From contig JBHGNT010000006.1 of NCBI GenBank assembly GCA_043228905.1, positions 11,842,001 through 11,906,000 of the forward strand: a stretch of DNA of 64,000 nt, read 5' to 3'. The stretch is from Azolla caroliniana (Eukaryota; Plantae; Polypodiophyta). This document shows positions 25,551 through 38,900 of this stretch, piece by piece (the stretch's first letter is position 1; each line of letters opens with the position of its first letter). Under the pieces are notes generated by a model. That model was not told where the DNA came from and searched no databases. It saw only the letters and a program-made list of their open reading frames with translations. The position numbers and the translations under genes are program-made.

Positions 25551-28500
25551 GAATTTAAAATAAAATGGATGGATAAATCAATAAAAGATGCCACATGGGA
25601 ACGCGAAAATACTCTTAGAACTAACTTCCCTAACTTTCCATTGCAAGAGTGCAATGTTTTAAAGAGGGGGAGTATGTTACGGGCATGACCATATAATATC
25701 CCGTGGTAAGAATTTACCGTAGTATTCTATACACGTGGATAAGTGTGAGGGTTAAACGAGAGTGTAAAGAAGGGGAGGATTACTTTTAATCCTCGGGATT
25801 GAGACAACCCATTAGGTCAAGTGTGAACTTGCCTGGGGGCCTTGGGTATCGCTATAAATAAGAGGCCTAGCTACCCTCATTTGATCATCTTTTGACTACA
25901 TCGAGACTCTGCTCGTGTGGTGGGTCAACTCTTGTAGCGAGCGCGCCAGCGCCAGGTACGACTCGACGCCACGACGGTGGTATGGGACGCCGATCGAGGC
26001 TCGAGTCCGTCTCGATCCCTTCGCTCGGGGGTGGTCGGATGGATCGGCACCCTTCTTTCTCTTTCTCCTTTCTATCTTTCATTTCTTTATCCTTATCTTA
26101 AGCTTACATTAGTACCTAGATCTATAATAGCCCCGTACTCGAATCGGTGGTTTACGGTGCCGAAGAAGAACGGCACGCTGCGCTTCATCCAGGACCTACA
26201 ACCGGTCAACAAGGTGACCATCTGTAATGCAGGGATCGGACCGACCATAGACGAGTTCGCGGAGGCCTTCGCTGGAAGGTCGATCTATTTTGTCGGTGAT
26301 CTGTACTCGGGATATGATCAGTTTCAACTAGCTGTGGAGAGCAGAGACATTACGATGATGCGGACTCCTCTCGGCCTAGTGCGGATGTGTACCCTGCCAC
26401 AAGGAGGGACGAACTCAGTGGCTCACATGGTGAACGTGATGAACAAAGTGCTCCGGGATTGTATCCCAAACATCACCATACCGTTCTTAGACGACATCCC
26501 GATCAAGGGATGCCCGGTGGAGAAAAGGGACGAGTCAATCGGACCGGACGGATGTCGGAATTTCGTGGCGTCCCACATCAATGACTGCGAGAAGGTGTTG
26601 CAGAGGCTAGAGCGCGCGAGGCTCACCTTCTCTGGGGAAAAGTCGGCCTTCGGATAGTCGGAGATCTTGGTGGTCGGACACCTGTGCGGGTCTTACGGTA
26701 GGAAACCGTCTCCGACAAAGGTAGAGGCCAGCTCCGCGATGAGGAACGTTTGCGGGTCGGTCACAGAGGTCCGCAGATTCTTGGGGGCATGCGCGTTCTA
26801 CCACATTTGGATCCCGCACTACGCACATGTCGCGGAACCCCTCTACGGACTATTGAAAAAGGGGCGTAGCTTTGAGTGGAGGACGGAGCACACGGAGTCG
26901 GTTCGGAGACTAAAGCAGGCGCTTACGGCAGCGCTGGCTCTCCGTAAAGCGGTTTACGGCAAGGATGTTCCCATCTGCGTAACGGTGGACACCAACCCGA
27001 CCGGGATTGGGTGGGTAATCAGTCAGGAGGATAAGGGCGGCGTATGATTCCCGATCCGGTTCGGGGCGAAGGTATTGAGCGAGCGGCAGCGAGGGTACGC
27101 CCAAGTTAAGCGCGAACTTTGGGGTGTCGTTTCGGCAGTCAATGCCGACAAGGATTATCTGATCGGGACGGAGGTGATTATCGAGACGGACTACCTACCG
27201 ATACTCGGCATGGTTTCCGGATGCGCGACGCCGGACCTAACAATGCTCCGGTGGATAGCGTACATTAAGTCCCTGAACCCGAAGATACGGCACATCTTCG
27301 GAAAGGACAACGCCATGGCCGACATGCTTTTGAGGGCAAGGTTCAACGACGAAGACGGCATGGTTTCGGAAGACGAAGAAGTCGGCGAGGACTTCTTCGG
27401 GTCGGCTAACATAACGACGAGGAAAGGGAACACTCCGGCACTCAACGAATTTGACGAAAGCAGGTACGACGGGGAGTGGCTCCAAATCGGGAGGTTCCTA
27501 CGGATGATGACGCCGGACGCAGCATGGGCGAGAGAGGGGGCGAGCCAGATACGGAGGAAGGCGTACCGATTCTTCTTGCGGGACGGGTGCTTATGGAAGC
27601 ACCCAAAGAAGAGAAGCGGCATCCCACTCCGAGTAGTGGCAAAGAAAGAAGAACAGGGGAAACTACAGGCGGCATTCCACGAGAGCCCATGGGCCGGACA
27701 CCGCGGAACATGGGCCACGTTCGAGAAGCTGAAGGAGAAGTACTGGTGGCCGGGGCTATACCAGGACGTGCATCGGTTCGTAACGACTTGCAAAAGTTGT
27801 CAGGTGCACTCCGTAGTCCGACACCGGGATGAGCTACACCCGACCTACCCGCCTACGGTCCATTTCAAGTGGATGGTGGACTTGGTGACGATGCTGATGG
27901 GGGTAGGACAGATGCGATACCTGGTGCTTGCATGGGAAGACTTAACGAACCAGGTGGAAGGCCGTGCACTGCAAAGCAAGACAACCGCGGCGGTATGCCG
28001 ATTCCTGATCGAAGAAGTAGTGTGTCGGTACGGGTGCGTCGGGAGGATCGTGGCGGACCGGGGAGAGCTGGATGCGCGGGAGGCCGAGGAGTTGTTCGAT
28101 CGGCTAGGCGTCAAACTCTCCCTCACCACGGCGTACAATCCAGAGGCGAACAGAAAGGTGGAACGTGGGCACGGACCGATTGTAAAGGCGTTGGTGGGTG
28201 CATGCAGTGGGCAGGTCGGGAATTGGCCATGACTCCTTCCTTACGCGCTATGGGCGGACCGGACTACGCACAGTTCGGTGATAGGGTTTATGCCAACGGA
28301 GCTAATGTACGGACAAAAGCCGATCATGCCAGTGGAACAGACGGTTTCTTCGTGGGTGACGGTAGATTGGAAGGACGAAATGAGCCGGGAGGAGTTGCTG
28401 GCGGCGCAGATTCGGCAACTCGAGCGGAGGCCGGAGGACGTGATACAGGCGAAGGAAAGGTTGCGAACGGCAAGGGAGCGGAACAAGACCCGGTTCAACC

Positions 28501-28795
28501 GGATGCACCGGTTGCGACCAAAGAAGATCAAGGAAGGCGACTGGGTCTTGGTATACGACAGCAGCCTCGACAATCAGCACAAGGCAGTGCGAAAGTTTGC
28601 TAGGAGATGGTTCGGGCCCTACATGGTGACGAGCGCGAACGGCAACGACACGTACCACCTCGTGGAACTCGACGGGACACGGTTAGCGGTGCCGGTGGCC
28701 GGAAAGCGGATCAAAGCTTTCAAAAAGCGGTTCGAAGACGAGCCGGAGCCTGCGAGCGGGAGCGACAACGACGATCAGTCCGGGTCCGGCGGAGA

Positions 28796-31700
28796 TGCAA
28801 CATACAAATGTATGGGAACCAACAAAAAATGCATCAATTAATGGATGTAAGTTTTATGTAGCTTTCAATGATGATTGGTCAAGGAAAACATGGGTTTAAT
28901 TCATGAAAGAAAAAAGTGAAGTATTTGATCGCTTCCGTAAGTTTAAATGTATGGTGGAAAAGCAGTCTAGAACTAGAATAAAATGCTTAAGATCTGATGG
29001 AGGAGGAGAATACTTCTCAAATGAATTTTCTGATTTTCTATGCAATCAAGGAATAAGAAGACAGTTCACATGTAGATATACTCCACAACAAAATGGAGTT
29101 GCTGAGAGAAAAAACAGAACTTTGGTGAACATAGCAAGAACTTTAATGACAAAAAAAATATGCCATTTTATTACTTGGCAGAAGCTGTAAACACAACAAA
29201 CTATGTCCTAAATAGATGTATAACATCTGGAGTACATGAAGTAACTCCTGAAGAATGTTTCTATGGCAGGAAGCCTAGTTTAGAACACTTAAAAGTGTTT
29301 GGATGCCTTGCTTATGTTCATGTACCTATTGAAGTGAGAAGTAAGCTTGATCCAAAAGCTGAAAAATGTATTTTTGTTGGATATTCAGAGGAGCAAAAAG
29401 GGTATAGATGCTATAACCCTTTGACAGAAAATATTGTGGTAAGTCGGGATGTAATATTTGATGAGTTGAGCAGTTGGTATAGCCCAAAAGAGAATGTAGA
29501 AACTGATGAAGACTGTGAAAATGAAGATAGAGAAAAATCTGAAAATGGAAGAGAGTGCCATGGAGATGGAAACAATGTTGGACAACAAAGTTACACATCA
29601 ATGGAATGTACTGGACCATCTAGAAGCTCAGGTAGTAAATCTAAATCTAATGCATGGAGTGGAAAAAATGCAAGACACAAAAAATATGATGATAAAAAGG
29701 GAAAATAGAAAATGCTAGAATATGAAATGCTTGATGATGGATCTAGAAACATGGAAGATGTAGATTCAGATACATCATTGGATGATGAGCTTGGTATACG
29801 AGCCTTGAAAATCCCTAGTATGAAAAAAGCAATGAAAGATGCAAATCAGAAATTGAGAAAATCAGATAGAGAGAAAAAGACTGTTGAAAGATTTGGTTAT
29901 GACACATATATGGCTATGCATTATGCATACATGTCTAAAGTGGTACACATCCCTGATCCAAATAGCTTTGATGAAGCAAAATTTGCTAAGAAATGGGTGA
30001 CTGCAATGCAAGAAGAAATAGATGCATTGGTTGAAAACAGAACATGGGATTTGGTGAAGTTACTGAAAGAAACAAATATTGTAGGTTGCAAATGGGTCTA
30101 CAAGACAAAGCATGATTCCAATGGAAATGTTAGTAGACATAAAGCAAGACTTGTGGCAATGTGATATGCCTAGATGCAAGGTATTGATTATGATGGCAAA
30201 GATGGCAACATTGAGAACACTACTTGCTATGAGTGCAGCCAAAAGATGGGTTCTGCACCATATGGATGTAAAAAATGCTTTTTTCGATGGTAACTTAGAA
30301 GAAGAAGTGTATATGTGTCAACCACCAAGTTTTGAAGATAAGAAGCATCCAGAATATGTATGTAGGTTGAAAAAGGATCTTTATGGATTGAAACAAGCAC
30401 TAAGGGCATGGCATAAAGAACTTTCAGAATCTCTGAAAAAAATTGCTTTTAAAATGTCAAAGGCTGATCCATCATTATATGTAAAAAGGATAAATGATTG
30501 CATTGTTGTGATCTTGATATATGTTGATGATCTAATCATTGGAGGTGATTCTATGGAAGAGATAAGTTGAAGAAAAATCTGGAAATGCAATTTCATATGA
30601 AGGATTTAGGAGAGCTGAGATACTTTCTTGGCATTGAGATTATCAAATCTGAAAGTGGTATATATATGTTGCAAAAACAATATGCAACAACTATGTTGAA
30701 GAAGTATGGTATGCTTGGATGCAAACCTATTGGTGTACTACTAGATAAGAACTGCAAATTGAGGGATGATTTGGGAGCCAACATAGAAGACGTAAACATG
30801 TACAGGTCTATGGTGGGCAACCTCATATATTTGACCATAACAAGACCTGATTTGAGTTATTCTGTTGGATTAGTCAGCCAGTTTATGCAACAGCCAACAA
30901 AGCCGCATTTGGACTGCATAAGAAGAATTTTGAGGTATGTAAAAGCTACTCAAAATTATGGATTGTTTTACAAGGCTGATTTGGACATAAAGCTATAAGG
31001 ATATACAGATGTTGATTGGGCTGGAAGCCAAACTGACAAAAGATCCACAAGTGGATATATGTTTACATTGGGAAGTGCAGCTATTTCATGGAGTAGCAAG
31101 AAACAAGCTATTGTTGCACTATCAAGTACTGAAGCTGAATATAGAGGAGCTGCAATAGCTACCTGTGAAGAGGTATGGATCAAAAGATTGCTTTCTGATA
31201 TGGGAGAGTATATAGATGGTGCTATCACAATTTGGTGTGACAATATGAGCAGCATTCAGCTGGCAAAAAATCTAGTGTTCCATGCAAGAACAAAGCACAT
31301 TGAAGTGCATTATCACTTTGTTAGAGAAAAAGTGATTGATGGAGAAGTGGATCTATTGTATGTAAGTACAAATCAGCAAGTTGCTGATATTCTCATGAAG
31401 GGATTGAGCATGGAAAAACATACACGGTTTAGAGACATGATGGGAGTTATAACCATCGGCATGGTAGCTGAAAAGCTTGAAGGAAAGAAGATTGAAGATA
31501 ACCTCAAGAAAGGATAAGTTGAGCTTGAGGGGGAGTGTTGAGAAATAAGCTAAACAAATGTATGTGTTGCTTATTGAGAAATAAGCTATAGTAGCTATTA
31601 GCTAATTAGCTACTAGTGGACATAAAGGTGAAATAACTATTTAGCTACTGACAACTATTTAGTTACAGACAGCTAATTAGCTACTAGAATCTAATTAGCT

Positions 31701-31890
31701 GCATATATAAAAAATTAAGTGTAGTAAGTAGAAATGAGTAAGAGTAAGAGTAGTGCAAAGAGAAGAAAGAACAGAAAACAGAAAAACTGACGAGAGCAAG
31801 TTGAGCTCTGCGTGTAATGAGGTAGAAGCTTTTGGACCAGGTGCAAAGGTAAGTCTCCTTCCCCTTCCTTTCTGTCTTGAGCACTAAACA
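28796..31890 (+). mobile_element. Copia element F, 5'-truncated (IN-RT-RH, PPT, 3' LTR from 31536; right end approximate)
   Basis: LRSDGGGEY, YTPQQNGVAERKNR, LIYVDDLII, SWSSKKQAIVALSSTEAEY, HARTKHIEVHYHFVRE; PPT GAGGGGGAG 31527-31535 followed by TGTTGAG. Confidence 0.88.
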
Positions 31891-31896
31891 ATCCAT

Positions 31897-32640
31897 GACA
31901 TCACGATCTGTTGTGCACACAGAAGAGCCGTAGCGGCTTCGTAACACCACACTCATACACACCTCATCTACACAAACTGGAAAAGAGAGAAACGCCCGAC
32001 ACAGAGAGACACTTAATGCACAATTGAGAGTATATACATGATCAACTTATTACATCTCCGGCTTCAAGCTAGACTGAATGGACTAGATACAACGAGTATC
32101 AGCAAGAAAGCCTCCAGTCGTGGAGCTCACGGTGCTCGCCGCCACGAGTGGCAGCCTTGCGTAGATGACACAGCAGAAACCGAAACCCTCAGAGCATACG
32201 AGCTCGAGTAGAACTAAACCCTAAACACCAAAAAGTAATCGCAATCCTTAACAGACAAAAGGAGGACCAAAACAAATCAGGACCAATCTCACAAAACGGG
32301 GAACCCCTAGGGAAGAGCCCCCTCACCCCCCTTCATAGTACAAGGAGGGAGGGACGTTACAATGTGGGAGGCCAAATATTCCTCTTTTTCAGAGGAGATT
32401 ATTTCCCTCGATTCCCGGAGTGGTGATTGAAGAAGTACATTTAAACCCCCTCACTTTCACACTCCCCCACTACCCTATACGTGTGCATGTGGACCGTTAC
32501 ACATATCACATTTATTCCCTTTTATTATCTCCATTGACGCCCTTTTCCTTTCCTTTTTCCTTTTATTTTTATTTACATTTCCTAATGTACATGTGCACGT
32601 GTTGCACATCACCGACCTTGCTCGCTCCTCCTAGTTTTCT
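31897..32640 (-). mobile_element. Partial LTR resembling the minus-strand gypsy LTR at 49915-50575; cut by element G
   Basis: Similar pyrimidine-rich tail (tgtgcacgt...gctcgctcctcctagttttct versus tgtgcacat...cgctctcggtagtttttct); boundaries approximate. Confidence 0.5.
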
Positions 32641-35600
32641 TGTTACCGGCCGGCAAAGGAGTCCAGAGTGTGAAACGAGGAGTTATTTAATTGTTAGGAA
32701 TGGTTCTAAGTAAGCTATGAGTGTGGACGGACGGACCGGAATCGGTATGCCGTTCCGGATCCGGACCGATCCCGAACAGGTGCGGATGGCACCGTTTTGT
32801 ACTACAGACCGGAAACCTATTTAAAGGCCCGGATACAATGTAATGAGCAGCGGTTAATTAATAAATCTTAGTGTTTTTATCTCTCTGTGTTAATTGTCGT
32901 TCTGCATTCATTGTTATATCTTACGCGTGTGATTATTAAGGACGATCTTACTAAGTAGCCTAATTAAGTCGGATTAATTGTTGATTCTAATCCTCTTGCC
33001 ATAACACCCCTTTGGTGAAGTGTCTTCCGTAGACACCCTGTGTTAGGCCATTGTCCGGCCCTAAGAGTTAACATAGTTTTTGGCGACCACGATTCCTGTT
33101 TTTGCAGCGAACGACGGCACGGATGGATGACTAGATCAACGCACGACCTGGTTACAGATCGAACTCGACGCCTTGCCGAAAGGCAAAGGAGACGTGAGGC
33201 TTTCCAGCAAGCGGCGCAGGAAATTAGAGCGGATCGCTCGTTTTCCAACGTAATCCGGAGAGTAGCAGAGGACTCCCTCTGGTTACAGCACACATCGCAC
33301 CCGGACGACGGCAGCAGCCTAAGCAACCTCCGGGAAACCGAATCCCTTCTCCATGCGTTGGCAAACGGAGAAGGCGAAGCAGAAGCCTTTTCAGCGTATG
33401 AATCGGATTCCGAAGGGGAATACAGCGTGCACACGAACTACCGTAGCAGCAACGAAACCCCGGGCGGACCGGAGGACGAAGGATCGGACACCTTACCGTT
33501 ACCAGAACCGGAAGTGCTAAGGCTGGAACCTCTGGAACCAGCAGAGGAAGAGCGACCTCCGACACCGGAAGTCGAAGAGGAGAGGCTTCCGTCACCAATA
33601 GAAGAGGAAAGACCACCGACGCTGGAAACAAATCAGGAAAGACTACCGACGCCGGAGAAAATCCGGGAACAACCACCAACACTGCCAGCCCGCGCACCGA
33701 TACCGAACGACGACATGTCGTTCCAGTACTCCAAGTATAGAGATGATCCGAACGCGGAAGCTCATGTTTACGCCTTTGAACAGACATGGGAAGCAAACCA
33801 TGTGTCCCAGCGATTGACCCCGGAGGAAGAGGAACGCTCTAAGATAGCGGAATTTGGCGTCACATTGGAGGGACCGGTAGCAAGATGGCGCCGGACGCAA
33901 GACCCGTCTACCATCACCACCTTTGTAGATTTAAAAGCTAAATTCTTGCATTTTTACCAAAAGGAGGTGGACCAAACAGTAATGGTGGGCTTATTTTATA
34001 CCATCCAACAGGATGCAGGGGAGAGCATTCCCCAGTTTGTCATCCAGTTTCAACAGATGCATAGTCAGCTTGCCCACGCACCCCCGGAGGAGGAATTACG
34101 GACTATATTCCTAAATGCGCTCCGGGAACCCCTACGCACAGTTTGCACGGTAATTGACTTCCACACAAGTACCATTGACTAGGTCATTGACCGGGTGAGA
34201 GAGATAGAAAAGGCAAGCTCCTAGCTCACACTGGGAGCACTCCAACGGGCGTTACCATCCGATGAAGACCTCCGATTTCGGCAAGCAATACAGTGCACAA
34301 CCTGCTTGAGTTCCGGACACTCGGCACTAGAATGCACTATGAGGACACAATGTGTAATCTGTCAATCCAAGGGCCATACGACGGATAGGTGCGAGTATAA
34401 TCTATTGAACCGGCAAGCACTGCCCGTCCGACAAATAGAGCCACGCAGCATCCGGGATGAAGAAGAGGAACGCTGGCGGCGAATGGACCGCGACTGACCG
34501 GCACAGGATGTCCGGTATGGCGATCGACGGGAGAATGATGTCTGGTACGGTGATCGGCGGGATAACTATGACCGGCAGGATAGATATGATCGGTACCGGG
34601 ATTACAATAGACGATACGAACATTATGGCCGGGAGCACTCCCCCGGGTATCGTCAGCAACGGGAGGAATACGGCAGATATAACGACCAACCTCGTCAAGA
34701 GTACCGCAATAAGAAGAACTATAACAAAAAACGGCATTTCAAAAAAGGTGGCTACCCACGGGATCCGGAACAAGGAGCTTCAAGCAGCCAACCGGCCCAA
34801 AACCCCGCGCTTAACACGGGACCTGCCTCGGGTACAACAGACAATGCCGAATCCAACAATACCCGGAAAGCCTACTGCTACTACTGCCGACAGGAAGGCC
34901 ATTATAGTAATCAATGCCCGGCGAAGAGCTATGACAAACGACCGACAGTAAATATGGTAGTCCCTGAAGTGGCAGATCTGCAGCAGGTGACCACAAGGTC
35001 GAAGGGCATGGCCAAGGAATGGGAGACGCAGGAGACCATCCAGAAGCAAGCGACGGAATGGGTGAAAAAAGAAAACGAGCAAAATGTCACAAACTTACAA
35101 CAGCAAAAGGAGAATACCGTAGGGCTTGCCGGCGGCAGTCACTCCGAGAACGAGCCATGGCTGGCGTTGCAAGAATGCCAGATTACGCTGCCACTAGGAA
35201 GACTCCTACAGCTCGTGCCAAGATTCACGGACGGACTGAAGACGGCCATGACGGCAGGAGAATCATCACCGGCATCGGTACTCTTCTCGAATTCGGAGGA
35301 GGGACCAACGGTGGTGGACACCAACAGTCCGGTAATCACTGCCATTGTAAAAGGGAAAGAACTCCCCGGCACAGTTATAGACGGAGGCTCCGGTGTGAAT
35401 GTAATAAGCCTCCGGACGTGTGATGCCCTGGGAATCCACGAGTGGGAGCCGTGTCCGTTCTGGTTACGGATGGCCGATACAAGCTCAGTGCGGCCGACAG
35501 GATTAATATGAAAATTAGAAGTCACCGTTAGCAGTCACACATTTCACATCTCGGCAGTAGTGCTACAATTACAGGCACAAGGCACATACCCGTTATTGTT

Positions 35601-35964
35601 GGGGCGGTCGTGGTTGAAAACGGCACATATCAAGCAGAATTGGAGGAAAAATATAATTACCTTCCGGCGAGGAAAAGCCAAGGTACGGGTACCAACACAG
35701 CCAAGGACGAGCACTGGCAAGGAATGTACATTGTTGTATGCAGAGTGTGTCAACATGCTAGAAGGGTTAGCTGACGAAGAAGAAGCTCAGTACTTGCAGG
35801 AAAACCCGAAGATCATACCCCTCTTCGAAATTGACATTGCCGAAGCAGTAGCACCATACTTACCGCAGTCGGAAGAGGCTGAAGTAGAACCGGATAAAGA
35901 CGCAATCCGGGAGTTACGGCAAGCGCAGGAAGCGTTGGAACAGGAAATGGCCATATCACAGCGC

Positions 35965-38900
35965 TGTCGTGAAGAAAACCGTCCCTAGGCGGAATCGGCG
36001 CACCAAGGCGTGGGAACCGGTTCTTCGCGTGCGCACGCTCCAAGTTGTACATAGAAGCGAGTTAGGAGGATAATCGGCAGGAACGGGCCCTAACACGACT
36101 GGAGACAAAGACCGCGCGAACAGTCTTTTCGGTGGCGCGCGCGAGCTAAGGAACTGTACGAGTCGGCGGTGTAACTACGCGGACGCGCGAAGAACGGAGC
36201 GGATTCCTGTTCAAAAGGGACAGGGAATAAAGCTGACAGGACGGCCTGCTCGTCGGCCTATATAAGGAGCAGGAAAGAGCTGTTGCAGGGATCTCGCGCA
36301 GAGAGGACGAAGTGCTGTCGGACCGTTTCTGGACGCTTCTCTCTCTGTTTCCTTCCTTCTTGAGCTCCATAGCTTTTCTGTGCAGGGTTCCGGGGAGGCT
36401 CGCGCTGTTTCGAGGAACGCCCGAGTGCTTCCGGCAGCACCTCCGACCTGCTACCCCTTTGTGCGTCGAAGCGAACAAGCATTGGCATCTGTTCGCCGGC
36501 CTGTTCGGCTGTAGCCAACCTGTGCCCATCGAGGGTTGTAGTCGTGTTAGCCATTTTGTTAATATACATATTTAGTCATTCGCATCTGTCTGTGTCGGTG
36601 TCTGTTCGCGTTCTCCGTGCTGAAGGGCCGTGTCCCTGTGTATCCCCGGTCCTGCGTAGCCGGTTCTCTCTCTTTCTCCTCCCTCGCTTGCTTTTTGGTT
36701 CGAGACCCCCGCGGTCCCGCCTCGTTTCCACACGCACTTGCGTAATATCTCGACATCTTTGGTGAACCCGACGTGAAGGAGGCGGCAGAAGAGCAGAAGA
36801 TGAGGGGGTCGGATCTTGCAGAGGCCATGGCTTCGGCCGTGGATCGGATTGTAAACGCGCGCGAGGGCACCGGTGCCCTCGACAGAGCCATTGAGGCGGT
36901 CGTCGGCACGATCGGCCGGTTCGATGGGAAGGATGCCACGAAGTATTTGGCGTCCTACGGTGCAGAGATGCTGATGCGGGACATTCCGGAAGAAAGGCGT
37001 CTTGCCGGATTTCCCCGAGTGGCGATGCCGAGCATCCATGCGGAGGTGCTCGAGGTGCGGGCGGAGAGCCGTACCTGGGAGGAGTTCGAAGGTCGGCTCC
37101 TAGAGAAATACGGGCTGGACGACGCGCTCCGGCTTTCGAAGCGAAGGTTCATGGAATGGGTGGAGTCCCCGGGGAAGGGAAGAAACGCGTCGGCACTCCT
37201 CCGGGAGTTCGAGGAAAACTTTGCGCGCCTTTCGGCGCTCGACCGAACCATCCTGGACACGAGCCGGGTCTTGCTGTTTGTCAAGTCGGTCGACGAGCGG
37301 GATCGGGAGCAAGTGGGCCTCTTGCTGGAAACCGAAGACGGGCTCACTACCGACTGGGCGGCTGTCAAAAAAGTCTGTGGCTGTTTCGACAAACGGCGAG
37401 AATGGGCGGATAACGGGGCAACCGGGTCGGGCTCGGTCGTAGCAAGGGAGCTCGAACCAGCGCCACAGGTGCGAAAGGAAGAGACCCGAGAGTGGTTGGA
37501 AACCGGTTCGGCTTCGACCGGCGTAGTCAGAGGCTCAACCGAAGGAGCGGCGCTGGAGGAATTGACGAGGGCGATAAAGGACCTCCAAATCGCGCAAGCC
37601 CGAAGGGAAGGTGGCGAACCGGCTCGTGACCGACGACCGGCGGCAGGAAACAGGTGCATGTGGTGCGATGAAGTCGGCCACGTTCGGAAGGACTGCGGCG
37701 ACTTCGCGGAGGCGTTGAGGAACAGGGTGGTGTACCTGTGGGAAGGACGGGTGCATGCCAGCGACACCCGAAGGGCCCTGAGCCGAAACGACGGGCGAGG
37801 TGGTATGAAAAGGTTGATGGAAGAGGCGGCGGCCCGACACGCGGAAACCGTCCACTACTCGGCGTCGGCCGGCATTCGAGTCGGGGGCGGCGAGGCCCGA
37901 AGAGAAAACAAAGACGGAGGGGAGACTTCGAGCGTGCGGAGTTCTCGGCCCTGACGAAGAAATCAACGGAGCCGTGGAGGCAGTCTCCTTCGACGACACC
38001 TTGGGAATGCTGGGGAAGGTAGTCGAAGGAGACCTTAACGGAGACCGGACGATACCGGTATGTTCCGAAGAAATGTACGAAGTCATCGCGGACTTCGGTC
38101 GAGGGCTCGAGTCGGAACGGACGGCCCGAGTTAGCACCAAGTACAAGACTGTGGACCGGGAAGGTGAGGCCAGTTGCGGCGCCCTTACCGGAGGGCAGCG
38201 AATCCCGAATCAAAGGGGTTGCATCGGACCCCAGCTTACGAGATCCGGCCTGCATAGGACACACCTTCACCAACGAGACGCTCCGCGAGCTGAAGATCAG
38301 TGGGGGCGGGTTCCTACTGCCGGCGGAGGAAGACCGGTTTCGGAGAATGCTCGGAAGGCACGGGAAAGCCTTCGCATTCTCACCGGAGGAAATCGGGTGC
38401 GTAAACCCGACGATCGTAGAGCCGATGGCGGTACCGCATGTACCGTGGAATCTCAAGCCAATTCCGGTTCCGAGAGCTCACATCCCGAAGCTGATGGAGC
38501 TGTTGAAGCAGAAAGTTGATATGGGCATTCTCGAGCCGTCGAGCGCCCCGTATTCAAACCGATGGTTTACCGTACCAAAGAAAAACGGATCGTTGCGCTT
38601 CATTCAGGACCTGCAGCCGGTCAATAGAGTGACCATTCGGAACGCAGGGATCGGACCGACCATAGACGAGTTCGCGGATGCCTTCGCCGGAAGGTCGATT
38701 TACTCGGTCGGTGATCTATACTCAGGGTACGACCAGTTCCAGCTAGCCGTGGAGAGCAGAGACATTACGACGATGCGAACTCCCCTCGGCCTAGTGCGGA
38801 TGTGTACGCTGCCGCAAGGAGGGACCAACTCGGTGGCCCACATGGTGAATGCAATGAACAAGGTGCTGAGGGACTGCATCCCGGACATCACCATGCCGTT

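Larger units (their letters stand above)
19113..26129 (+). mobile_element. Chromovirus (Ty3/gypsy) element E, near intact, TSD GCCCC
   Basis: 455-bp LTRs 19113-19567 and 25675-26129 (about 8 substitutions by eye); PBS TGGTATCAGA 19570-19579; PPT AAAGAGGGGGAG 25661-25672; GCCCC at 19108-19112 and 26130-26134. Confidence 0.95.
15517..28795 (+). mobile_element. Ty3/gypsy element D (non-chromovirus, tRNA-Trp PBS), lacking its 3' LTR and interrupted by chromovirus E
   Basis: 5' LTR 15517-16125; PBS TTGTGAACCCGACGTGAA 16130-16147; gag with CMWCDAIGHIRKDC knuckle; protease ALVDHGSEINL; RT split at PSSAP|YSNRW and containing TLPQGGTNSV and FLDDIPIKG; RH; integrase (HESPWAGH...CKSC, FGPY). Confidence 0.9.

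Noticed and set aside
25977-26129. N-terminus of ORF 25977-26657
   Set aside because: Chromovirus LTR sequence running into the host RT
36146-38456. Long antisense ORFs (e.g. 36955-37767, 37527-38456, also 18204-19019) as hidden genes
   Set aside because: Shadows of GC-rich gag/pol or LTR sequence with no recognisable motifs
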